Part shown: positions 10,454 through 20,880 of the stretch, piece after piece
Position numbering within the stretch: the stretch's first letter is position 1
Layout of the letters: each line of letters starts with the position of its first letter
Origin: a virus
Taxonomy: Duplodnaviria; Heunggongvirae; Uroviricota; Caudoviricetes
DNA: 64,000 bases
IMG/VR virus record: IMGVR_UViG_3300037484_000445
Coordinates: 32,001-96,000 of that record
Reading direction: 5' to 3' (one strand)
Notes under the pieces: generated by a model
The model's input: only the letters and a program-made list of their open reading frames with translations
Told to the model about the DNA's origin: nothing
Database searches by the model: none
Translations under genes and position numbers: made by a program

Positions 10454-12331
10454 AGCACCTCCGAACGAATTGCCTGGTTGGAGGACAAACTCCGTCAGGC
10501 GAGTGCAGATTATTATGGCGGCGCGGCTAGCGTTGAGGACGAAGTCTACGAGTCCTGGAAGGAAGAGCTAGCAGCCTTGAAATCGGACAGTCCTGTCCTT
10601 CGAGCTATTGGAGCCCCGCCGACTTCGGAGTGTCCTAAAGTTCGACATAAGATCCCTATGGGATCTCTGGATAAGGTTCAAACCCCTGAGGCTATGCGTG
10701 CTTGGATGGCCAAAATGGGTAATAGGCGATGCTTACTTTCTGACAAATTGGATGGCCTATCCATTTCGCTGGAATACCAACGGGGTAAGTTAATCCAGGC
10801 GTTAACTCGAGGGGACGGATTCACGGGTGAGGATGTCACGGGAAACGTCGCCAAAATGCGACGCAACATTGATAGTCGTATGGATTCCTTACCTAGTTCC
10901 TCTGTGGAGGGTATCTTCAGAGGGGAGATCGTGGTCTTTAAGGAAGACCACCTGAAATACTTTGCACACCAGGCCAATACTAGAAATTCAGCCGCTGGCA
11001 CTGTTAGACGCTCGGATGGTACGGGCTGCGAATACCTGTATGTTCTCGTGTACCAGATCATTGAAGGATCTGATGCAACCACTGCTTACGGGCAGATGAT
11101 GGATCTCAATGGCTTTGGCTTCAAAACTCCGGAGTTCTATCTTACTGAAGACCCCACTTGGTATTGGGAACAATACCAAGAGCACAAGCGATCTTCGTTA
11201 CCTTATGATATCGATGGATTGGTCATATCAATCAACGATCTGGCGGACCAGTATGCCCTTGGTGAGACAGATGGTCGTCCCAATGGGGCTATGGCCTTCA
11301 AATTCCCTCCCCCTAAGGGTGTGACTATCTTGCGAGACATTATCTGGCAAGTCGGGGGTACTGGGCGTATCACGCCTGTGGCCGTCTTTGACGAGGTCAA
11401 TCTTCTGGGTACCAAGGTTACTCGGGCCAGTCTCTACAACCAAGAGTATATCGAGCAGTTGGGCCTCGACATAGGCGCTCGGATCATCGTAGCAAGGGCC
11501 AACGACGTAATCCCGAGAGTTGTTAGTGTCATCGAGAGCACGGGTACCGTAGCTAAGCCCCCAAAGACGTGCCCGGTGTGTGGTTCAACCACTGAAAAGG
11601 ACGGGGAATACATCATCTGTCCCAACACTTCTGAGTGCTCGGCCCAAACGGTTGGGCGTCTCAAGCAGTGGATCCGTGAACTGGGTATCCTGGAATGGGG
11701 TGATAGCTTGCTGCAGCGTCTGGTCGATGAAGGCCTCGTACGGAGCGTTGCTGACCTTTACAGGCTCTCCAAGGACAACCTGGCGGCTCTGGACCGTATG
11801 GGTGACAGGTCCGCCGAGAAGGTCTTTGGGACGCTACAGTCAGCAAAGACTCTTCCCTTGGCCCAATTCCTTGGAGCCCAAAGCATACCACTTTGTGCGA
11901 CATCCACTTTGGAGTTGGTCATCAACGCGGGGTTCGATTCTCTAGACAGGCTCCACACGGCATTCCTTGCTGACTTCGAGCGTATTTCAGGGATGGGCCC
12001 CAAGAGGGCCGCTGCCTTACATGATTGGTTGCGCAAGAATGCCTCTGTCATCCAAGATCTGTTGGATGCCGGGGTCAGCATCAAAGCTCGGGCTATCGGG
12101 GCTCTGACGGGCAAGTCTGTGTGCTTTACGGGCAAGTCCGTTCGTAAACGGGGTGAGCTCGAACAAATGGCTGTGGATGCCGGTGGCTCAGTGAAGAATT
12201 CGGTCGGAAAGGGTTTGACCTTCTTGGTTTTGGTCGATCCCAATTCTACATCTTCGAAAGCTCAGGCAGCAAGGCGAGGCGGAACGACCTGCATTTCTGA
12301 AGAAGACTTCGTGAAACTGTGTGGAGGCTAA
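10451..12331 (+). CDS. ligA: NAD+-dependent DNA ligase
   Basis: KLDG adenylation motif, TRGDG..GEDVT, RGE, DIDGLV, AFKF, QVG.TG.ITPV, C4 zinc finger, HhH repeats, C-terminal BRCT. Confidence 0.96.
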   Translation: MSTSERIAWLEDKLRQASADYYGGAASVEDEVYESWKEELAALKSDSPVLRAIGAPPTSECPKVRHKIPMGSLDKVQTPEAMRAWMAKMGNRRCLLSDKLDGLSISLEYQRGKLIQALTRGDGFTGEDVTGNVAKMRRNIDSRMDSLPSSSVEGIFRGEIVVFKEDHLKYFAHQANTRNSAAGTVRRSDGTGCEYLYVLVYQIIEGSDATTAYGQMMDLNGFGFKTPEFYLTEDPTWYWEQYQEHKRSSLPYDIDGLVISINDLADQYALGETDGRPNGAMAFKFPPPKGVTILRDIIWQVGGTGRITPVAVFDEVNLLGTKVTRASLYNQEYIEQLGLDIGARIIVARANDVIPRVVSVIESTGTVAKPPKTCPVCGSTTEKDGEYIICPNTSECSAQTVGRLKQWIRELGILEWGDSLLQRLVDEGLVRSVADLYRLSKDNLAALDRMGDRSAEKVFGTLQSAKTLPLAQFLGAQSIPLCATSTLELVINAGFDSLDRLHTAFLADFERISGMGPKRAAALHDWLRKNASVIQDLLDAGVSIKARAIGALTGKSVCFTGKSVRKRGELEQMAVDAGGSVKNSVGKGLTFLVLVDPNSTSSKAQAARRGGTTCISEEDFVKLCGG

Positions 12332-12335
12332 GTTT

Positions 12336-13265
12336 ATGACACTTGAAGCAGATGCCCTAAAGGGTAAGTACTTTCCGGTTTTGGATCACGGATTTGTGGC
12401 TTTGAAGGATTACATGGGCTGTGATGCCGACGTAGTTCAGTCCGCAAGAGTTTCCTATGGTGCTGGAACTAAGAAACTTTCCGAGGATCGAGGACTTTTG
12501 CGATATCTCTTTCGAAATCGCCATACTACGCCCCTCGAGATGGTGGAGTTGAAGTTTCACGTCAAACTTCCCATTTTTGTTGCCCGACAGTTAATCCGAC
12601 ATCGTACGGCAAGCGTCAATGAATACTCCTTGCGATACTCTCTAGCCCCGCTTCAGAGCTACATCCCCGAGTATGAAGTGTTCCGAAAGCAAAGCGCTTC
12701 AAATCGTCAGGGTCGTGGAGAGAGCGCCGACAGAGCCGTCTATGAACGGATCACGAACATGTGGCGAACCCTGTTCGAACAGTCCGGAGATCTCTACAAG
12801 GAAGCTGCTTTGGTCGAAGAAATTGCCAGGGAGTTAGCTCGCTTGCATTTACCCCTTAGCCTGTACACAGAGTGGTATTGGAAGATTGACCTTCACAATC
12901 TTTTTCACTTCTTGGGTTTACGTAGCGACCATCACGCCCAGTGGGAAATTCAACAGTACTCCAATGTGAAGGCTGGTATCACTAAGATCGTTGCTCCCTT
13001 GTCCTTCGAGGCTTGGGTCGACTACGCCTTCTGTGCTCGGAATTTCAGCCGTATGGAATTGGTAGCTCTTGAGGAGACGCTTCGCGTAGGGAAGCTGTCC
13101 ACCGAACGCCTTCTTGAGCTCGGTCTGTCTTCTAGGGAAGTGGATGAGTTCCTACTGAAGACTTCGGGCGCTCCGGAAGTACCCAATTTCGATCTAGATC
13201 TAACCCAAGCTAAGGACGGCGCCTACTTCCAAGCTTTGGCTGAAGCAGCTGTCCCTCAGGTGTAA
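12336..13265 (+). CDS. thyX: flavin-dependent thymidylate synthase ThyX
   Basis: ARVSY, HTTPLE, RQLIRHRTASVNEYSLRY signature, ELAR, HAQWEI; GGAGG RBS before the ATG at 12336. Confidence 0.95.
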   Translation: MTLEADALKGKYFPVLDHGFVALKDYMGCDADVVQSARVSYGAGTKKLSEDRGLLRYLFRNRHTTPLEMVELKFHVKLPIFVARQLIRHRTASVNEYSLRYSLAPLQSYIPEYEVFRKQSASNRQGRGESADRAVYERITNMWRTLFEQSGDLYKEAALVEEIARELARLHLPLSLYTEWYWKIDLHNLFHFLGLRSDHHAQWEIQQYSNVKAGITKIVAPLSFEAWVDYAFCARNFSRMELVALEETLRVGKLSTERLLELGLSSREVDEFLLKTSGAPEVPNFDLDLTQAKDGAYFQALAEAAVPQV

Positions 13266-13268
13266 TTC

Positions 13269-15527
13269 GTGGCGGAAGTAATAGTTGGGCATGTGCGTTC
13301 AGTAGTCTTCAATCAAGGGGATTACTACATCTTGGACTTCGATGCTGTGAGTCGGGGGCCCACGAAGGCCAAGGGTAGCCTGTACGGATTACTTCAGGTT
13401 CGCTTTGGGGTCCCCATCAAATTCACGGGAAAGTGGATTACTCATTCGAAGTACGGCAAGGAATTTCAGATCCAGAAGTGGGAACCTTGGGCGGAGACGC
13501 CTTCGGAGGCCGCTGTCTTTCTGTCCGTTTGTATCGAGGGTTTCTCAGATCTTCGTGTATCCGATGCTCTAACTTCACGCTATGGCCTAGATGTCTTTCA
13601 GAAGCTCGCTAAAGAGCCTGCCAAGATACAGACGGACTTGGCTGATGTCTTGCCCACAGAGTCCTTAGAGCGGGCCTTGTTGGGGTGGGGCCGCACTATT
13701 GCTCAACGAGATCTGTCCGTGGTGTTGAAAGCGGGGGGACTCACCGTTGGTGACATTCAGGCGGTCATGGCCAAGTTTGGGTCAGAAGCCGCTAAGGTAG
13801 TTGTCGAAAACCCGTTTCGGCTTATGGAGATCGTTGGTATATCCTATGCCAAGGTCGATCGTTTGGCTACTAGGCTAGGTGTAGATCCTGGGGATCCTCG
13901 GCGTCTTCAAGGAGCTATTCTGTGGTCGATCCAGGAGGCTGGGCGCCAAGGTCATCTGTTCCTCAAATGGAACGAGATGACGCTACTCGTGAACGATATT
14001 CTTCATGAGGAGAAGCTAGCTCCTTTGGCTTTAGGTGATAACCCGACGAAGACTTACCAAGACGCCATACGGGTCTTGCTTGAACAGAAGTCTGTTGTGT
14101 TAGATGCGATTTCGGGCTTGTATGTTCCAGAGTACTTCAACTATGAACGAGCCTCGGCCGATCTGCTGAGTAAGCTTCTGACCCCTTCAACGCTTGATGT
14201 TGATAGCCAGGCGTTCGTGACTTCCTATGAGAAGTCTCATCAGATACAGCTGTCCGAAGCTCAGCGTCGTTCGGTAGACCTTCTCGTGAATCACAAGGTA
14301 CTCGTTATCACGGGATTGCCCGGTACTGGTAAGACCACGGTTCTTAGGGCTTTGGTTCAACTTCTCGAAGAAGCCCACCTGACTTTAGCTTTGATGGCAC
14401 CTACAGGGATCGCAGCCAAGCGATTGGCTTCAGTCACGGGCCACGACGCTTCAACAGTGCATAGGGCTTTGAAGTATGATGGTTCTGAGTGGGGTTATCA
14501 TAGCAACAACCGCTATCTAGTCGATGGCGTGATTCTAGATGAAGCCAGTATGATGGATCAGGAGCTGCTTTACAGGCTCTTGTCCGCTCTACGCCCCGAT
14601 ACACGTCTTGTGTTAGTGGGGGATGATGCTCAGCTACCCTCTGTGGGCCCGGGCAATGTGCTGCGTGAACTTGTGGAGTGCGAGGAGGTTCCACACGTTC
14701 GTTTGACGGAGATCTTTAGGCAATCGAGTAAGAGCGAGATCGTCATCAACTCACATAGGATCAACTCTGGTAAGATGCCGGAGCTCACATCTTCTAGGGA
14801 GGACTCTGAGTTCAAGTTTGTTCGAGTTTACGATGAATCCCGTATAGCCATTCTCATTATCCAAATGGCTTCGAAACTCAAGGCCCGTAACGCTAATTTC
14901 CAAGTGTTGTCGCCCAAGTACGATGGCACGGTTGGCGTGGACAACTTGAACAGCTTGTTGCGGGATGCCCTGAATCCGTCAGGTCCTGACTCACAGGACT
15001 GGGACAAGGGCCCCCAGTCGTTTCGACGTGGAGACCGTTTGATGGTGACCGCCAATGACTACAAGTTGAATGTCTACAACGGTGACGTTGGAAAGCTTGT
15101 GGTTATTGGAAAAGAGGGCCTGATTGTCAGGATTCACGGTGTTGGTAAAGGCTTGGACATGGATGTCCCTTTTCCCAATGACGTGGCCAAGACAAAACTT
15201 CGCTTGGCTTACGCCATCACAGCACACAAGTCACAAGGATCTGAGTTTGACACCATCATAATGCCCATTGTGAAGACACAGGGGCGAATGCTTCAACGCA
15301 ATCTTCTCTACACAGCGGTAACCCGAGCACGTAAACGAGTTTGGTTGATCGGTGACGAGATGGCCATTCAATTGGCCGTGAACAACAACAAAGTGGTGCG
15401 ACGCAACACAGTGTTGGCAAAAGCCCTAATCCAAAGTTTGGCCGCTGGTGTAGCTGTTCAGAACAACGAAAGCGTCAATGTTGAGCATCTACCCGTAGAG
15501 GCCGGAGTCACCAATGGACCAGAATAG
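13269..15527 (+). CDS. recD2: RecD2/TraA-family SF1B helicase
   Basis: N-terminal OB/HhH (NPFRL), GLPGTGKT, APTG.AA, DEASM, VGD..QLPSVGPG, LTEIFRQ, NGDVG, AYAITAHKSQGSEF, LYTAVTRAR. Confidence 0.93.
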   Translation: MAEVIVGHVRSVVFNQGDYYILDFDAVSRGPTKAKGSLYGLLQVRFGVPIKFTGKWITHSKYGKEFQIQKWEPWAETPSEAAVFLSVCIEGFSDLRVSDALTSRYGLDVFQKLAKEPAKIQTDLADVLPTESLERALLGWGRTIAQRDLSVVLKAGGLTVGDIQAVMAKFGSEAAKVVVENPFRLMEIVGISYAKVDRLATRLGVDPGDPRRLQGAILWSIQEAGRQGHLFLKWNEMTLLVNDILHEEKLAPLALGDNPTKTYQDAIRVLLEQKSVVLDAISGLYVPEYFNYERASADLLSKLLTPSTLDVDSQAFVTSYEKSHQIQLSEAQRRSVDLLVNHKVLVITGLPGTGKTTVLRALVQLLEEAHLTLALMAPTGIAAKRLASVTGHDASTVHRALKYDGSEWGYHSNNRYLVDGVILDEASMMDQELLYRLLSALRPDTRLVLVGDDAQLPSVGPGNVLRELVECEEVPHVRLTEIFRQSSKSEIVINSHRINSGKMPELTSSREDSEFKFVRVYDESRIAILIIQMASKLKARNANFQVLSPKYDGTVGVDNLNSLLRDALNPSGPDSQDWDKGPQSFRRGDRLMVTANDYKLNVYNGDVGKLVVIGKEGLIVRIHGVGKGLDMDVPFPNDVAKTKLRLAYAITAHKSQGSEFDTIIMPIVKTQGRMLQRNLLYTAVTRARKRVWLIGDEMAIQLAVNNNKVVRRNTVLAKALIQSLAAGVAVQNNESVNVEHLPVEAGVTNGPE

Positions 15528-16314
15528 GGTTACTAAAATTTACGATGAGTTGGGGCAGATGTTGGTGGGGTTAGATCCGGACCCAGCTTCTCGAGGTCCA
15601 GGCTACCTTCAGGAGTTGATATCTCGCACGAGAGGCTACTTGAATCGCACGAGTATCCTCACACAGGAAGCACACCAACAGCATCAATGGTTGGATCGGG
15701 ATCTCAATGCAAAGAAGACGGCGTTTCAGCTATGCTCGGACGAGATGTTGGCCGGGGATAAGCGCGTTACGCTGTTGCCTAACATTGATGACCGTAAGGC
15801 TATGATCAACCTACTCTTGAGGGATGAACGGCAAGAGATCGCTCAGTTGGAGCAGGCTGTCCGGGAAGTCGCCTATGTGGAGAAGGCTATCAAGCACCGC
15901 CACAAGGAGTTGGATAACACTATTAGTGCTATTCGAATGCAGAAGTCCTTGATTGAGTCTGAATCCCGCACGGGCTCGTTTTATGGAGACGAGGGTAATG
16001 CCTCTCGAGGCGATGTCTATGCCGGGAAGGCGGGCACGCCGGCCTCCTTGGACAATGACTTGGATGGGGATGAGATCGGCCGTCTTTTGGCAGAAAGTAT
16101 GGGTGAGACCGGCGCCAAGGACGAGGACCCGGTGGCGCCAGAGACGTTCAACGTTAGTGTAGGGGAGCCTACCCCACCCCAACCTGTTGGGGTCACACAC
16201 ACTGAAGAGCCGACAATTTCTGAAAAATCTGTGACTGACGAGAGTGAGTTTGATAAATTCCTACAAGGGGACGATTTGGACGACATTTTCGCTGGTCTAG
16301 ATATGGAAGTCTAG
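15514..16314 (+). CDS. coiled-coil protein with acidic tail (possible recombination mediator)
   Basis: Helical N-terminal 150 aa and an acidic disordered C-terminus; lies between the helicase and the SSB-like gene. Function is inferred from position. Confidence 0.5.
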   Translation: MDQNRVTKIYDELGQMLVGLDPDPASRGPGYLQELISRTRGYLNRTSILTQEAHQQHQWLDRDLNAKKTAFQLCSDEMLAGDKRVTLLPNIDDRKAMINLLLRDERQEIAQLEQAVREVAYVEKAIKHRHKELDNTISAIRMQKSLIESESRTGSFYGDEGNASRGDVYAGKAGTPASLDNDLDGDEIGRLLAESMGETGAKDEDPVAPETFNVSVGEPTPPQPVGVTHTEEPTISEKSVTDESEFDKFLQGDDLDDIFAGLDMEV

Positions 16315-16393
16315 TGTAGTATTCGGTCTGTTCGTTGGCCCTCACCCATAACAACTTGTGGGGGAAAGCGACCTTGAAAGGACAGCTAAAGCT

Positions 16394-17272
16394 ATGTCTA
16401 CGTCTATTGATTTGGATGGATACGACGAGTTCGAAGGCGATGTTGGGCTTGGTTCTGAGGACAAAAAGCACGCGAAGTCCAACCAGCTAGAGTGGTTCAA
16501 AGGGGAAAAGGGGCGTAAGTACCGGGCAGCTCTGGTTTACTTCCACCCTCTCGTCGCGAGTTTGGTTGTTGCGGCAAAGGCAAAGGCCAAGCGTGGCGAG
16601 GCCGTGCCGACCAAAGAAGAACTTCAAACGGCTCTTCAGGCGGCGCTAAACAAGCGGGCCACGTTCTTCGACAAGCCTGTCGATCAGCTGGCAGACTACG
16701 AGCAATTGGACATGTCCAATGCCAAGTTCAAGATGGTCGAAGCCCACTACAAGGACGGCTTCGGGTTCGTTGTTTCTAGGCTTGGTTTGGATGGGCCAGA
16801 GGCAGATCTTCTGTGGAAGAGCTTGGGTGACCCGAAGAAGTACTTCGCCACGGCCCTGTTGCTGTATCCGACGAAGAACCGCGAGGGTGAGCTTGACCGA
16901 GACAACGTCAAGAACTTCGTTGTTTCGCCGTGGAGGATCAGCGGAAAGCTCTATGAGACCTTTCACACGCGAGCAGCAAGCTTACGTGAGAATGGGTTGA
17001 ACCTTGCTTCCCAAGATCTGTTGCTGACCTGCACCAACACTGACTATCAAAACTTCGACGTTGATGCAGCAGGCCCGGCTCTTTGGGTCAAGAACAAGGG
17101 TTTGGCGTCGCTCGTGTTGGCCAAGGCTCACGCCTTATACGACAAGCTCCAACCGTTCCGTGTCATGAGTACGGCCGATCTCAGCATCAAGCTGGGTGTG
17201 AATATGCCGTCCGGATCCGACATGTCTGTTGGTGCCGAAGAAGAGTTCAAGGATCTTCTCGCGGGCGTTTGA
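16394..17272 (+). CDS. probable single-stranded DNA-binding protein (gp32-like)
   Basis: About 290 aa with an acidic-hydrophobic C-terminal tail (EEEFKDLLAGV), DLLLTC..YQ pattern, and position before ruvC/recA. Start moved to the ATG at 16394. Confidence 0.5.
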   Translation: MSTSIDLDGYDEFEGDVGLGSEDKKHAKSNQLEWFKGEKGRKYRAALVYFHPLVASLVVAAKAKAKRGEAVPTKEELQTALQAALNKRATFFDKPVDQLADYEQLDMSNAKFKMVEAHYKDGFGFVVSRLGLDGPEADLLWKSLGDPKKYFATALLLYPTKNREGELDRDNVKNFVVSPWRISGKLYETFHTRAASLRENGLNLASQDLLLTCTNTDYQNFDVDAAGPALWVKNKGLASLVLAKAHALYDKLQPFRVMSTADLSIKLGVNMPSGSDMSVGAEEEFKDLLAGV

Positions 17273-17281
17273 GTAGGAGAT

Positions 17282-17305
17282 TGAAGGGGCCGTAAGGCCC
17301 CTTCA
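17282..17305 (+). promoter_or_regulatory. perfect 10-bp GNRA hairpin between the SD and the start codon of the resolvase gene
   Basis: TGAAGGGGCC-GTAA-GGCCCCTTCA; AGGAG at 17275-17279; ATG at 17310. Confidence 0.65.
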
Positions 17306-17309
17306 GCCC

Positions 17310-18119
17310 ATGATAACCCTTGGCATTGATCCGTCTTTGACCGGATTCGGATGGTGTATACACAATTCATCCGTTACGGGACCAGCACGTGTCATTGCTA
17401 GGGGTGTTGTCAACACACCTGCTGCTGAGATCTTTGTTAGTCGGTACATTTTTCTTCGAACGCAGTTGATTCATTTGATCGCTGAATACCCGGAGATTCA
17501 AGCCGTTGGGGTTGAATCTCCGCCGTTTGGGGAAGACTTTAGTGAGGGTCTCTATGCGTTGTTTGTCTACGTGAACGAAGCTCTTTATCTCTTGCGTAAG
17601 GACGTCGTTTACTTCGATCCGTTGACTGTGAAGTTGTTGGCGAAAATGGACCCTAAGGTAATCCAAGGGACTATGGACAAGAACAACATGATTGTGGCGG
17701 CCCGAGCAGAAACAGGCATTCATAGTTGGAACAACAATGCCGCCGACGCATACCTCATTGGAAGATCAGCAGCACGGTTTTGGCGACTTGAGTCCGGAGA
17801 AATCACACTCGAAAACCTGACCCCCGCCGAGGCACATTCCTTCAGTCGTGTACACACCTTTACGCGAGGAGCCAAAGCAGGGCAAACCAAACGTGATGGT
17901 TTGGTGTTTCGTGAAGGGGAACGGTTCTTCAAGTTCTCGCATCTACCCCCTAGTCCGATAGAGAGTGAGTACATACAATGGCTTCTAAGAAGCTCTCAAA
18001 AGAGTCTGGAAAAGGATCCGCTTCAACCGGATCTAGCCCCAAGCCCTCTCCAGCTGCAGCGCCCCAGGTTAAAGCCGCCCCCCAAGCCAAAGCAACCCCC
18101 AAAGCCTCCGCCAAGTTGA
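17310..18119 (+). CDS. ruvC: RuvC-like Holliday junction resolvase
   Basis: LGIDPSLTGFG, VGVE, K, NNAADA catalytic motifs. The 3' end overlaps recA by 142 nt. Confidence 0.8.
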   Translation: MITLGIDPSLTGFGWCIHNSSVTGPARVIARGVVNTPAAEIFVSRYIFLRTQLIHLIAEYPEIQAVGVESPPFGEDFSEGLYALFVYVNEALYLLRKDVVYFDPLTVKLLAKMDPKVIQGTMDKNNMIVAARAETGIHSWNNNAADAYLIGRSAARFWRLESGEITLENLTPAEAHSFSRVHTFTRGAKAGQTKRDGLVFREGERFFKFSHLPPSPIESEYIQWLLRSSQKSLEKDPLQPDLAPSPLQLQRPRLKPPPKPKQPPKPPPS

Positions 18120-19390
18120 ACCTTGCCGGTTCGGCGGCCCTGAAAGCCGTCTGTGCCGCGGTTCTCAAGACTACCGGTCATAAGCCTATCCTTGAGAACA
18201 AGAAGCCCCTACCAGCGGTACCTAGCGGTTCTATGGCCATCGATGACTTGATCGGCGGTACTCTGTCCGCTGACAAGACCGGGCCAAAATGCCCCGGCTA
18301 CCCTCGACGGAAGATCACCGAGATCTATGGTCCTGAGTCAAGTGGTAAGACCACTGCCGCTATTCAGGCCATAGCTGCCGCACAGAAGGCTGGGGGCACG
18401 GCCATGTTCTTGGACTTCGAACATGCTTTGGATCACCAGTACGCTAAGCGTGTGGGTATGTCCTTCGATTCGGACAAGCTTGTGTTGTTTGCTCCGGATT
18501 CTTTGGAGCAGGGTTGGAAGATGATCAACATCGGCATCCGGGCAGGTGTCGATTTGATTGTTGTCGACTCTGTCGCTTCGATGGTGCCCCAAGCAGAGAT
18601 TGATAAGCCTCCAGGTGATGCGGCTCGTATTGGTGCTGTGGCAGCGGCGATGTCCTCGACGCTTCCCAAGATAGTTGGTTGGTTGGGTAGCCAGGATCCG
18701 CAGTACAACCGCAACCCGTTAGGTACGGCTCTTGTATTCTTGAACCAGATCCGAGCCACGATTCAAACGGGTGGTCATGGTGGGGGTGGCGGCGGTGAAG
18801 GGGACAACACCTCTGGTGGTAAGGCCCTCAAGTACTACGCCTACCTAAGAGTCAAGTTCACGAGAATCCGTGGAGAATCCGTAAAACGTAAGGACCCGAT
18901 GACGGGTAAGGAGCGGACCTATAACTACGGAAATCACACCCAGGTCAAGCTCGTCAAATCCAAAGTTGATGGCAAGCAAGGCTTCACGACGGACATCTTC
19001 ATTCGTTTCAACTACGGTATTGACGATCATTACTCGTTGATCGAAGCGGGTGTGTCCAACAAGCTGATCTCCAAGAGTGGGGCCAGTTATGAGTACGCGG
19101 GACAGAAGTTCGTAGGTAAGGACAAGATCCGCAAGTTCTTCTTGGATAACCCCAAGTTGTTCTCGGAACTTAGGTTCAAGATCTTGAAGTCCATTCGGGA
19201 TGATGATGTTGACACAAGTACGTTGGAAGACGAAGAGTCCCAGATCTTCGCCGCTTTGGATGACGTCGCAATCGTAGAAGACACATCTAGTCCCGACGAA
19301 GATCCCGGTGGCGAACTTGAGCCCATTGAAGAAGACATTGACACTGACGACTTTGAACCTCCTGCTGAAGACGTGACTGGCGAAGAGTAA
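17978..19390 (+). CDS. recA: RecA/UvsX recombinase
   Basis: GYPRRKITEIYGPESSGKT, FLDFEHALD, VVDSVASMVP, FLNQIR, SGGKALKYYA, VKSKV; has an A/K/P-rich N-terminal and an acidic C-terminal extension. Confidence 0.95.
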   Translation: MASKKLSKESGKGSASTGSSPKPSPAAAPQVKAAPQAKATPKASAKLNLAGSAALKAVCAAVLKTTGHKPILENKKPLPAVPSGSMAIDDLIGGTLSADKTGPKCPGYPRRKITEIYGPESSGKTTAAIQAIAAAQKAGGTAMFLDFEHALDHQYAKRVGMSFDSDKLVLFAPDSLEQGWKMINIGIRAGVDLIVVDSVASMVPQAEIDKPPGDAARIGAVAAAMSSTLPKIVGWLGSQDPQYNRNPLGTALVFLNQIRATIQTGGHGGGGGGEGDNTSGGKALKYYAYLRVKFTRIRGESVKRKDPMTGKERTYNYGNHTQVKLVKSKVDGKQGFTTDIFIRFNYGIDDHYSLIEAGVSNKLISKSGASYEYAGQKFVGKDKIRKFFLDNPKLFSELRFKILKSIRDDDVDTSTLEDEESQIFAALDDVAIVEDTSSPDEDPGGELEPIEEDIDTDDFEPPAEDVTGEE

Positions 19391-19395
19391 GGGCT

Positions 19396-20880
19396 ATGCT
19401 TGAACTCGAGGTCCACAACTTCCAGTCAGTTCTTCGTGCTAAGGTAGTAGTGGACGGGTTCACTGCTATCGAGGGGCGTTCGAACATCGGTAAGAGCGCC
19501 TTCATTCGAGCAGTTCAGTGTGCTTTGACAGGGGCCGTGGGGACGGACTTCGTTCGTCACGGCCCCGCTTGTGAACGCTATGTTCGAGGGAACAAGAAGT
19601 GCAGTTGCTTTTCTACCGTCATATTTCGTTCTTCCAAGTTGACGCTCACTTGGGAGAAGGGGGATAGCGTCAATCGCTACACAGTCGTTCGCCCAGACAG
19701 CTCTACACCCGAAGTATTCAACGGCTTGGAACGTGGAACGCCGAACTTTCTACTGCCCGATTTTCAAATGGTTCAGATCGGCGCGAAGAAAGAATTGGTC
19801 CAAATTCCGGATCAGTTTGAGCCGATCTTTCTGTTGAACCAATCCGGGCCTTCTGTTGCCGATGTCTTGAGTGATGTAGCTCGGCTCGACTGCATCAATA
19901 AGGCTATGGTGTTGGTGGGTAAAGACCGTAAGGAAACGGCGTCTAAGCGTAAGGTTCGAGAGGAGGATATCAAAAACCTTACGGCCAGTTTGAGCTTGTA
20001 TGCTGGCTTGGATGCCGTTCCGGTTAGGAGTGTTGAAGTCCTAGGGGCTAAATTACGCAAGGCCCAACAGACCCTTAGCCAGGTAGAGGGGTACATAAGC
20101 AAACTTCAGGGTCTCAAGGTCACTCTTCAGGCTCTATTTCGGGCACTTGAACCCAATCTGCCTGACTTGCGGCCACTGGAGACCACATACTCTGGTTTGG
20201 TTCAAGTGGAAGGATTTCAAGCCCGAGCTACTGCAGGCACAGCAGTTGTTCTTGACTTGTCAACGGCGTTAAAGCCCGATCTACCGAGTATTGATCCCTT
20301 ACTGAGCACTAACTCTAGTTTGACTTGTGCCAGCAGTTTCCTGGTCAGGTATCAAGAACGAGCCCAAATCCTCGACACCTTGACTGGCGTTGACCAGGTC
20401 GGTGTGCCTGATGTGCCTAAGTTAGGTGACAGCTTCAGTACTTTGCAGCGAATCTCTTCCCTAACTCAGCGTTTGAAGGCCGTAACCGAGGTTACCGATC
20501 AATATGAGGGTCTGGACCAGGTTTCTGTTCCGGATGGATCAAAGCTTGTTCAGCTATGGCCTCAGATATCTCAGTTGGAAGAGTACTTGCAAAAGCATAC
20601 GCAGTTGCAAGCAGATGTCTTTCGGGGAGACGCGGCTCAAGGGGCTTCCGAACTAGATATGGGAAATCTTCCGAAGAGACTTGAAATGTTGGGCAAAGTC
20701 TCTTCGATGCTCGGTCGTCTATCCGCTCTCAAGACAGTGTTCTTAGCAACCAAGCAGGAACATGCCGTGGCTGAGGTTGAGGTGCGACAAACGGTTATGG
20801 ACCTAGAAGCTCTTGGAACATGCCCTACTTGCAGCCAATCCTTTGCTAAAGGTCAGCACTTGCATTTGGAGGGCTCGTGA
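19396..20880 (+). CDS. Rad50/SbcC ATPase, N-terminal half (Walker A, coiled coil, zinc hook)
   Basis: VHNFQS, GRSNIGKS Walker A, Q-loop-like DQFEPIFLL; ends at CPTC with no signature or Walker B motif. Confidence 0.85.
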   Translation: MLELEVHNFQSVLRAKVVVDGFTAIEGRSNIGKSAFIRAVQCALTGAVGTDFVRHGPACERYVRGNKKCSCFSTVIFRSSKLTLTWEKGDSVNRYTVVRPDSSTPEVFNGLERGTPNFLLPDFQMVQIGAKKELVQIPDQFEPIFLLNQSGPSVADVLSDVARLDCINKAMVLVGKDRKETASKRKVREEDIKNLTASLSLYAGLDAVPVRSVEVLGAKLRKAQQTLSQVEGYISKLQGLKVTLQALFRALEPNLPDLRPLETTYSGLVQVEGFQARATAGTAVVLDLSTALKPDLPSIDPLLSTNSSLTCASSFLVRYQERAQILDTLTGVDQVGVPDVPKLGDSFSTLQRISSLTQRLKAVTEVTDQYEGLDQVSVPDGSKLVQLWPQISQLEEYLQKHTQLQADVFRGDAAQGASELDMGNLPKRLEMLGKVSSMLGRLSALKTVFLATKQEHAVAEVEVRQTVMDLEALGTCPTCSQSFAKGQHLHLEGS

